A stretch of DNA of 48,938 nt from a candidate division WWE3 bacterium (GTDB lineage: Bacteria > Bdellovibrionota > UBA1018 > UBA923). Positions within the stretch are counted from its first letter, which is position 1. Every line of letters begins with the position of its first letter. The stretch spans positions 1-48,938 of the forward strand of contig JBBRLF010000002.1 of NCBI GenBank assembly GCA_038231515.1. The letters are read 5' to 3'. Below the pieces are notes generated by a model, which saw only the letters and a program-made list of their open reading frames with translations, had not been told where the DNA came from and ran no database searches. Below are positions 28,273 through 35,060 of this stretch, piece after piece. A program made the translations under genes and the position numbers.

Positions 28273-30741
28273 GTGGGCAAATTACAGAAGACGGGTCTAA
28301 TCAGGTCTACGACCATCGTTGTACTTGGAGCATTCGCTCTGCAGCTTGTAGCACCAGGCTTTAGCACGGTCTCGAGCGCGCGCGCCGACAGCACGGCCCT
28401 ACCCCCTAAAGGCGGAGCGGTTGGAGATACCGAAAAAGGAGCACCAGGCTCGGGCGGCGTAGGCGACCCGTGCGATGTGGTTGACGAGTCTGCCGCCAGC
28501 GAACAATGCAACGTCAAGAAACTTGCCATCACGACCGCCGTGATTCAGGGCGGTGAAGCTTTGGCCTTCACGACTGCCGCCACTCTGTGCACCGTCGCGT
28601 GCGTGGCGCAAGCTGCCGACAAAGCCGCAGGCAAGGCCGCAAAAGAAGCCGCCGAAGCCGCCGATAAATTCGCACAGACAACGGGCCCGGACATTAAAAA
28701 GCATACCGAGCCAATCCAGGGCCTGGTTGCCAAGGCAAAAGACGGCCTGGAGGCCTCCAAGGATTGTGGCCTGCCGGGCACCGGTAAGCTACCAAAGGCA
28801 GTCCCACCCGGCCCGCCGGCCGTAACCGCATGCACGAATGATGCGTCCGAACGCACAGCCAATAAAGACTTTGCTGGTGCCGCTAAAGCGACAGAAGGAT
28901 CTACCGCCGCAGTCGCGTATAACGAGGGCATTGTGAGCTGCGTGGAATCTGCCGCCCATGGTCAGGTGACCATGGTTAAGGCCGCCGCAGAAATTGGCCT
29001 GGCGCAAGAAGCCGCCGCAGAGCTGGTCGCGGAAGAAGCACCGACTGTTGGCATGGGCCAGACGGTCATCAAGACGGGAGAGGCCGCGTTCGTAGGCCCC
29101 TCGCCCTCGGAGGCAAGCGAGGTGATCGCTGAAGCAGCCGCGGATGCGCTCGATAAAAAAGCAGACTTGATGCTCACCGCTTCAAACAGACTCAGAGACC
29201 AGGCAAACAATTATCTTCAAGATCAGACCACCGGCGCAATTCAGTTCGAACATGTGGTGCTTGGCTCGGCATCGAAGCTCGCCGAAGATGAGATCCCCAA
29301 AGGGGCCTGCTCTGTAATTTCAAAGCTCACCGATGCGGGCAAAGAAGGCTCTAAAGAGGCCACCGACAAGGCCGGTAATGCGGCCTGCGCTCAAGGCGTC
29401 ACAGTTATCGTGGGCACCGTCCTGGCGCCAGACTGTTTGAAAGATCTGACCAGTCCTGCAAAGGAAGCAGATTCGGCGTGTGCCGCCGCCTCGGGCAAAC
29501 TGCAGCCCCTGAAAGCCGAAGCGATGAAGATGGCCTCAGGTCTCACACCAATCGTAGGCTGCCCCGGGCTACCGGGTGCCCCCAGTGTGCCACCCGGCGA
29601 AGTCGAAGTTTACAAAGACATGACCACTCTCGTGGTCACAACGGCCAAGGCAGCCCACAAGGCCCGCACATTCCGTGAATCCACCCGCACCGCCTGCAAG
29701 ATCGGCAACTATGCCGCACTCGGTGTGGACGTCGCCGGCGGTATCGCAACCACGGTAGCTGGCGCCGCGATTACCAAGAAAATCGACGCAGGCTCGATCA
29801 CCGGTCTGACCACCACCGTGGCCATGGATGTCGCGCAGCAAACCCTAAATAAAACGGACAACGATAAAGGCAGCCAGCAAGAAGAGATCAACTGCCCGCT
29901 CGAGCCCATCACTCACTTTCTGCAGGCCGGCATTCGCGGCGTAAATATGGGAATGAGTATCGCCAAGGCCAACGAGGCCTCGCACTATGCGCTGGAGCTC
30001 AGAGTTTATAAGGGCGGCTCAAGCCCTACCCAAGTCGCCAAGGGCGGTGGAGCAGCTAGCGGTGGTGGTGACAACAGCGGCAGCGCAGGCCCCGAGCAGG
30101 CTCAGGATCCCAAGATGCTCCGAGATCTGCCGGCCGCGGACAAAAAGAAATTTACCGCCGCAAACTTCGCGGCCTCGAGCGCCACGGCAGGCGAAGCCAA
30201 GACCATGGCTCCGGCCCTGCTTGAAGCCACCACGGGCCACTCCGCCGAGGAGCTCAACAACAGACTCCTCAATGGCGAGTCACCCATGGAAGCGGCGATG
30301 GCCATCTCAGGCGCGCAGATGGGCAGCATGCTGCCCATTGTAGCCGCGCTTCACCAGAATAAAGATCAGCTCTACAAAGAACTGGCCCCCGAGATGGAGC
30401 AGGTTCACGTGTCCAAGAATGACTTTGATTCTGGCAAAGGCGGCTCAGCCAAACACCACAGTAGCAGCAGTGACGGCATGCCAGACATGAGCGCGCTGCT
30501 GGCTGGACTGCAGGGTAAACAGAAGGAAGCAGGTCCACCGGGCTCCAAAACGGTGGCCTTTGGCCAAGGCGCCAAGACCTCGGGCGTGAGCGCTGATGGT
30601 CTGCACCCCGCAAGCAAATCGCTCTTCGACATCATTGGCACGCGTTATCAGCTCGTTCAAAAGCGCTTTCTGGCGGGCGAAGCCACTGGCATGGATCAGG
30701 CGCCGTCGAGCGTGCCAAAAAACATCTATCTGCGGAAGTAA
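28273..30741 (+). CDS. secreted Ala/Gly-rich protein, family member 2 (expanded paralog)
   Basis: GTG start and signal peptide (IVVLGAFALQLVAPGFSTVSSARA). It has the same N-terminal Cys block, hydrophobic core and C-terminal module as 26629..28005, plus an insertion of roughly 350 aa. Confidence 0.85.
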   Translation: MGKLQKTGLIRSTTIVVLGAFALQLVAPGFSTVSSARADSTALPPKGGAVGDTEKGAPGSGGVGDPCDVVDESAASEQCNVKKLAITTAVIQGGEALAFTTAATLCTVACVAQAADKAAGKAAKEAAEAADKFAQTTGPDIKKHTEPIQGLVAKAKDGLEASKDCGLPGTGKLPKAVPPGPPAVTACTNDASERTANKDFAGAAKATEGSTAAVAYNEGIVSCVESAAHGQVTMVKAAAEIGLAQEAAAELVAEEAPTVGMGQTVIKTGEAAFVGPSPSEASEVIAEAAADALDKKADLMLTASNRLRDQANNYLQDQTTGAIQFEHVVLGSASKLAEDEIPKGACSVISKLTDAGKEGSKEATDKAGNAACAQGVTVIVGTVLAPDCLKDLTSPAKEADSACAAASGKLQPLKAEAMKMASGLTPIVGCPGLPGAPSVPPGEVEVYKDMTTLVVTTAKAAHKARTFRESTRTACKIGNYAALGVDVAGGIATTVAGAAITKKIDAGSITGLTTTVAMDVAQQTLNKTDNDKGSQQEEINCPLEPITHFLQAGIRGVNMGMSIAKANEASHYALELRVYKGGSSPTQVAKGGGAASGGGDNSGSAGPEQAQDPKMLRDLPAADKKKFTAANFAASSATAGEAKTMAPALLEATTGHSAEELNNRLLNGESPMEAAMAISGAQMGSMLPIVAALHQNKDQLYKELAPEMEQVHVSKNDFDSGKGGSAKHHSSSSDGMPDMSALLAGLQGKQKEAGPPGSKTVAFGQGAKTSGVSADGLHPASKSLFDIIGTRYQLVQKRFLAGEATGMDQAPSSVPKNIYLRK

Positions 30742-30799
30742 AACAGGGCTGTCAGTAGGATCTTTACATCCTGCGATAATTCTGCAAAAGTTGCTGATA

Positions 30800-31393
30800 A
30801 TGCGTGTTGGCAAAAACATCCGAGTTTTCAAGAACTCCATTCTTGAACAGTTCACCTATGTGCACCCCGCGATGCCCTTGGCTATCTGGGGTCCATTGGT
30901 TGTGTATTGGTTTGGCATCGGCCTGTATGGCCATGACGTCACGCTGATTCATGCTGTCGCCCTGGCCATCGAAGGCCTGCTCATGTGGACGATCTCGGAA
31001 TACTTCCTGCATCGCTTTATCTTTCACTTTGAACCCCACGGGCCATTTCAGGAACGCATCGCCTTTCTGATTCACGGCATCCACCACGACGACCCTCTTG
31101 ATGAGCGCCGGCTGCTGATGCCGCCCGTCGCCGGTGCCGCCATTGCCATCGTGTTTTACGCTTTGTTCTGGGCTCTGCTGGGGGGCAACCATGTGCGCCC
31201 CTTTTTCGCGGGCTTCATCACCGGCTATCTTTGCTACGACTACACCCACTTCGCCGTGCACTTCTGGAATCCGAAATCAAAACTCTTTCGGCGGCTGAAA
31301 CAAAACCACATGCTCCATCACTACGTCAGCCCCAACAAACGCTTTGGCGTCAGCGGGTCGCTGTGGGATCATGTTTTTGGAACGTTTGGATAA
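30800..31393 (+). CDS. fatty-acid hydroxylase / sterol-desaturase superfamily membrane protein
   Basis: Internal ATG 30800 (MRVGKNIRVF). His boxes HRFIFH, HGIHHDD, HFAVH and HMLHHY are interleaved with hydrophobic segments. Confidence 0.85.
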   Translation: MRVGKNIRVFKNSILEQFTYVHPAMPLAIWGPLVVYWFGIGLYGHDVTLIHAVALAIEGLLMWTISEYFLHRFIFHFEPHGPFQERIAFLIHGIHHDDPLDERRLLMPPVAGAAIAIVFYALFWALLGGNHVRPFFAGFITGYLCYDYTHFAVHFWNPKSKLFRRLKQNHMLHHYVSPNKRFGVSGSLWDHVFGTFG

Positions 31394-31399
31394 GCTCAT

Positions 31400-32647
31400 T
31401 TGCTGATTGATTGGCTCTGGGCCTCTCTGATGACCGTCTGCCTTTGGCTCGAAGTCGGGGGCTGGGCGCGGCTCGTTACCCGCACCATCTTTCAAAAACC
31501 GACGCGCAGCTCCCTGGGTGGCCGCCTGGCCCTGGCGCTGGCTTTCGGCCTGACCGCCCAGGCGTATTTCATCTTGAGCCTGCTTGGTCGCGGCAGCCCC
31601 GGCCTGCACGTGGCTTTGATGATCATCGGAATCATACTGTTCGCGCTGCCCAAGTCACACGCCACGAGCCCACCACCAAATGAGCCCCGCCTGCATCTGC
31701 GCCTGGCGCGCTATTTTTCGTTACTCAGCTGGAAGCGCTCGGCCCTTTGGCTGATTTTACCTGTCATCTGGACCGCACTGCGCGTGCTCGATGCCCTGGT
31801 GCCGCGTAACGCAAACGGGCCGCTGGCCCACACCCTTTATGCCCCCAAGCATTGGCTTCAGGACGGGGCACTTACGGGCTCGCAGCTTGACCCTCTACAC
31901 CCCTTTGGTGCATTGGCCTCGGTGTGGCAAGGCCTGACCTATCATCTGCTGATCGTCATCAAGGCCTTTGGCCCCGTTGCGCGTACGGCCCTGGTTCGCA
32001 CGCAAATCACAGCCCAGCTCGTGCATCTGACCGCGGGACAGCTTCTCACGCTTTTTCTGCTCGCGCGGCTCATCCTGCCCTTCATTCGAGCTGGCTGGGA
32101 CCGGCTGGTCCACCTCGAGGCCAGCGCCGAGCGACGCCCCCAGCTGGGAATGGCGTCGAGCGTGGCGCTGCCCGCCTCATTTTTTTTCGCGTGGATTGCC
32201 TGCGGGCCCACCTCGACTTCGGGCACCCTGGCTGCCACCGACTGGGGTGGCGCGATGCTGGTGCTTGCCGCAGTCTCGCTGGCCTTGCGTCCGGCCGAGC
32301 CCAGCTCAATCGGGCTGGCTGGCCTGCTCTGGGGCACTGGCGTTGCCGCGCAGGTCACCGAAGTGCTCACGTTGCCCGCATTTCTGGCCGTAGTCGCGAG
32401 CTCGCAGCTGAGCTCAGCCCCAATAGCACGGGCAAAATGGCCTAAACTTGCGGGTTCGCTTTTACTGGGCGTGGGCTGTGGACTGGCCCCGTGGTTGTGG
32501 CGCAACTACACTCAAGCCGGAAGTCTTTTCTATCCGTCTTCTGATCTCATGCGTCTGCCCGTTGCGCAGTTTTTGAACTGGGAGGTCGACTGGGGCTGGG
32601 CCGTTAAAACCATGCTCACGCTTGGACTGCCAGCCATTGCTTATTAA
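31400..32647 (+). CDS. polytopic membrane protein (N-terminal part of a possibly split gene)
   Basis: About 10 hydrophobic segments. The track uses a TTG start at 31400; the first ATG is at 31430. It ends at TAA 32645-32647, in frame with the next ORF. Confidence 0.6.
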   Translation: MLIDWLWASLMTVCLWLEVGGWARLVTRTIFQKPTRSSLGGRLALALAFGLTAQAYFILSLLGRGSPGLHVALMIIGIILFALPKSHATSPPPNEPRLHLRLARYFSLLSWKRSALWLILPVIWTALRVLDALVPRNANGPLAHTLYAPKHWLQDGALTGSQLDPLHPFGALASVWQGLTYHLLIVIKAFGPVARTALVRTQITAQLVHLTAGQLLTLFLLARLILPFIRAGWDRLVHLEASAERRPQLGMASSVALPASFFFAWIACGPTSTSGTLAATDWGGAMLVLAAVSLALRPAEPSSIGLAGLLWGTGVAAQVTEVLTLPAFLAVVASSQLSSAPIARAKWPKLAGSLLLGVGCGLAPWLWRNYTQAGSLFYPSSDLMRLPVAQFLNWEVDWGWAVKTMLTLGLPAIAY

Positions 32648-32689
32648 CTGTGGCGCGCCCGCGGGCGGCCGCGGCCAACCGAGCTGGCG

Positions 32690-33298
32690 GTGCCGGCGCT
32701 TACCCTCTTTGCGGTGGTGGGGCTGCTGACCGAGCTTTGCTGGGGCTCGCTTACGCCGTCAGTAGGCACCGCACTTTTATGTGTGGCGACTTTGGGCATC
32801 GAGTTTCTGCTCACCTTCCTGATTCGCACGCGCCTGCCCGGCATGAGCCGCAGTCTGCCACTGGCTTGGCTTGGCGTGGGCCTGATTACGGTACCTCTGC
32901 CCGTGCACCTGTTATGGCAGCACCTGCCCTTGGCGTTTCGCACTGCCGACAGCTATCTGTCGGCCTACCACCGCCATTTTGACGTCAAGCTTTGGGCCAA
33001 TCTGCATTTGCCGCCGACTAGCCGACTGGTGTGGACGTCTGACAACGAATTTTATTATCTCGAGCAGCCCAGCGCGAGTATTCGCGAATCCAATATCATC
33101 TACTCGGCTCTCTCGCGGGCCCCCAATCCCAGCGAACGCGCCCGGGTGCTTTGTGACCTGGGCTTTGACGTGCTGGCCTGGGAAGAGCGCGACCATGGGC
33201 CGGAGTCGGCAGGCCTGGCTTCGTGGCTGCTGATGACCAAGAATACGGTTTTGCATACGGGCGATGGGGTTACCTTCTTTGATTTGAAGTGCCATTAG
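32690..33298 (+). CDS. membrane protein (C-terminal part of a possibly split gene): 3-4 TM segments plus a soluble domain
   Basis: GTG start, same reading frame as 31400..32647, separated from it by one TAA and 14 sense codons. Confidence 0.5.
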   Translation: MPALTLFAVVGLLTELCWGSLTPSVGTALLCVATLGIEFLLTFLIRTRLPGMSRSLPLAWLGVGLITVPLPVHLLWQHLPLAFRTADSYLSAYHRHFDVKLWANLHLPPTSRLVWTSDNEFYYLEQPSASIRESNIIYSALSRAPNPSERARVLCDLGFDVLAWEERDHGPESAGLASWLLMTKNTVLHTGDGVTFFDLKCH

Positions 33299-33663
33299 AC
33301 GAAGCTCCGATCCAAGTTCCAAACTGGGTCCGTGGCACCGGCTTATCCCCGATTTGAAACTGGCCAAGGCCGGGCTACCCCGCCCCAAACAAGGCTAAAT
33401 CACTGATTTTTCTGTTGGCACAAGGGTTGCTAATGCATCGCGTCAGTGCAGATGAAAATTTGAAGCGACCATTCCTACCGAGCACGTACCACCACTCACT
33501 CCCGGCAACGGGAGCACTCGTGGCAAAGCCGTTCGGCAACGGAGCGTAGGATTTAACGGCGCTACACACCCCCAACCAGCGGAGCTCGGTCCACTGGTAC
33601 TCCTCCCCACCCCCGGCAAATATCGCCCGGCATCATGAATCCTTCACGCTTCGAATTATTCTT

Positions 33664-33693
33664 TTCAGAGTCCCCCGCGAATACCGATATAAT
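33664..33693 (+). promoter_or_regulatory. possible sigma-70 promoter of the PilZ gene
   Basis: TTCAGA (33664-33669), an 18-nt spacer, then TATAAT (33688-33693). The predicted transcription start falls within about 3 nt of ATG 33702. Confidence 0.25.
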
Positions 33694-33701
33694 CCTTGAA
33701 C

Positions 33702-34100
33702 ATGATGCGTGGATTCGGGCCTCGTAAGCCCAAAACTCAGCGCGCTAAAGAGCGCAAAGCCATTCCGTTTCACCGCGTAAGCGCTGAGATCCTGATCGAC
33801 TCCACCAAGGAAGTCGCCGACAGCCGCGTGTTCCTCAACGATCTTAGCCCGACGGGCGTGGGCTGCTTCGTTAATGTGGCCCTTGAAAAAGGCGAAGTCG
33901 TCTCGATCGTCATCGAGCAACCCAAGCACCTGTACGTCAAAGGCCAGGTCATGTGGTGCGCGCCCTACACAATGAGCACCAAAGTTTTGAGCGCCGAGCA
34001 GTTTAAATATCGCGTGGGCATTCGGTTTAGCTTTGACTCGGAAGACGAAAAGTCGGCTTTGAAGAAGTACTGCGAAGAGCTTTACTCCGACGCTAGTTGA
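33702..34100 (+). CDS. stand-alone PilZ-domain protein
   Basis: The RAKER (RxxxR) and DLSPTG (DxSxxG) c-di-GMP-binding motifs have appropriate spacing. ATG 33702/33705 is preferred over the TTG at 33696. Confidence 0.75.
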   Translation: MMRGFGPRKPKTQRAKERKAIPFHRVSAEILIDSTKEVADSRVFLNDLSPTGVGCFVNVALEKGEVVSIVIEQPKHLYVKGQVMWCAPYTMSTKVLSAEQFKYRVGIRFSFDSEDEKSALKKYCEELYSDAS

Positions 34101-34201
34101 GAAGAGCGCGGGCATTCGGACATCAGACGTCTGGCGTCCGACACGCGGGCAGTCCGTGCGGGCGTCTGACGTCGGGTATGGCTACTGCGCCCCGACTTCC
34201 G

Positions 34202-34293
34202 AGCTTTCGCAGCCGACCGTTGAAGTGCTACGCAGATGTGCTATTCCTCATCGTGTGGTCCCATAGTTAAATGGATATAACGGAGCTTTCCTA
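34202..34293 (+). pseudogene. orphan copy of the tRNA-Arg upstream region plus the tRNA 5' half (nt 1-37)
   Basis: 92 nt match 34389..34480 with 4 mismatches by eye. The tRNA part (34257-34293) stops right after the anticodon (CCT A) and has no 3' half. Confidence 0.8.
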
Positions 34294-34388
34294 CAAGCCT
34301 TTTGCGCCCCACGCGCAAAACCTACAATCCGGCTCGCAGGATGCGAGCCTTCTGCTCGAAGCTGCGAGCGCAGGAGCACGCGAGCGAA

Positions 34389-34480
34389 AGCTTTCGCAGC
34401 CGACCGTTGAAGTGCCGCGCAGATGTGCTATTCCTCGTAGTGTGGTCCCATAGTTAAATGGATATAACGGAGCTTTCCTA
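34389..34480 (+). repeat. second copy of the 92-nt repeat (promoter-like region plus 5' half of the intact tRNA-Arg)
   Basis: Direct repeat of 34202..34293 at a 187-nt period. Contains TTGAAG (34407-34412), a 16-nt spacer, then TATTCC (34429-34434). Confidence 0.8.
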
Positions 34481-34518
34481 AAGCTTTGTTGCAAGTTCGA
34501 TTCTTGCTGGGACCACCA
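34444..34518 (+). tRNA. tRNA-Arg (anticodon CCU), CCA encoded
   Basis: Hand fold: GGTCCCA TA GTTA AATGGATA TAAC G GAGCT TTCCTAA AGCTT TGTT GCAAG TTCGATT CTTGC TGGGACC A CCA. All four stems pair. Confidence 0.9.
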
Positions 34519-34594
34519 TTTCAACACCGTTGAAATGGTGGTTTTCTAATGCTGAAGCGCGCAGCGCTTCGTACCCTACAGCAAGAATCGAATG
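34501..34594 (+). repeat. 94-nt repeat copy 1 (last 18 nt of tRNA-Arg plus 76 nt downstream)
   Basis: Repeated at 34681..34774 (about 14 mismatches in 94, counted by eye). It ends in CAGCAAGAATCGAA, the reverse complement of the tRNA T-arm segment 34496-34509. Confidence 0.8.
34512..34547 (+). terminator. rho-independent terminator whose 5' arm is the tRNA ACCACCA end
   Basis: accaccatttcaac-acc-gttgaaatggtggt forms a 14-bp perfect stem followed by TTTTCT. Confidence 0.6.
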
Positions 34595-34680
34595 CCGGAA
34601 GGCGCCGGGTGCCCGCTTGCGGGCGGCGACTGAGGCCGGCCTGCAGGCCGAGCGCGAACAGCGCGAGGACCGGAAGGCGC

Positions 34681-34774
34681 TTCTTGCTGGGACCACCATT
34701 TCAACGCAGTTGAAATCGTGGTGTAACAATAATGAGGCGCAAAGCGCTTCGTGCCCCACAGCAAGAATCGAATG
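34681..34774 (+). repeat. 94-nt repeat copy 2 (tRNA-Arg 3'-end fragment plus a degenerate terminator)
   Basis: Same length as copy 1. The hairpin carries a mismatch and has lost its T-run. It is preceded by the 11-nt direct repeat CCGGAAGGCGC, which is also found at 34595-34605. Confidence 0.8.
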
Positions 34775-34838
34775 GGTTCTCGATCTCGACACATTGAGGG
34801 ATGTGGGCTGGCTCACGACCTACGGGTCTACTACAAAA

Positions 34839-35060
34839 ATGTCATTACAAATCAGCTTTATGTCAGAAGGAGGATCGGGAACAGAAGTGCCTGACCTCTC
34901 TATCGAAAGAAAGGAGCTCGCTTTAAGATCGAGTATCCGCTTACTGAAGAGCCCTGGGGAGTTCGCAGATTTTTTGTGCGTGATTCCATTGGAAAACCTG
35001 GCACATACTCTGCACATAGAAATTGATAGAGTTAGCGCGACCAAAACAAGACACACTTGA
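34839..35060 (+). CDS. possible small ORF, or the 5' part of a frameshifted gene
   Basis: ATG 34839 or 34860 (AAGGAGG nearby). It encodes ...MSEGGSGTEVPDLSIERKELALRSSIRLLKSPGEFADFLCVIPLENLAHTLHIEI... in AT-richer sequence. It overlaps the next ORF by 38 nt in another frame. Confidence 0.25.
   Translation: MSLQISFMSEGGSGTEVPDLSIERKELALRSSIRLLKSPGEFADFLCVIPLENLAHTLHIEIDRVSATKTRHT

Noticed and set aside
33375-33575. 66-aa minus-strand ORF in the long intergenic region.
   Set aside because: It has no RBS, an odd composition, and spans the hairpin-rich segment. That segment is more likely non-coding.
34257-34518. Group I intron in tRNA-Arg(CCU). The orphan 5' half ends exactly after the anticodon U, the site of known bacterial tRNA introns, and the interval to the 3' half is ~187 nt.
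   Set aside because: The would-be intron ends in a second copy of the promoter plus 5' half rather than in a terminal G before the 3' exon. I could not find group-I core elements (a P7/J8-7-like AGACUA...ACGG or a P4 GAAA-receptor pattern). A duplication explains the data better.
34271-34816. ORFs of 60-112 aa on both strands across the tRNA-Arg repeats (34271..34453, 34291..34527, 34478..34816, and the 5' part of 34530..35060).
   Set aside because: They run through tRNA and hairpin-repeat sequence. Only the AT-richer 3' part of 34530..35060 (from 34839) shows any coding-like signal.
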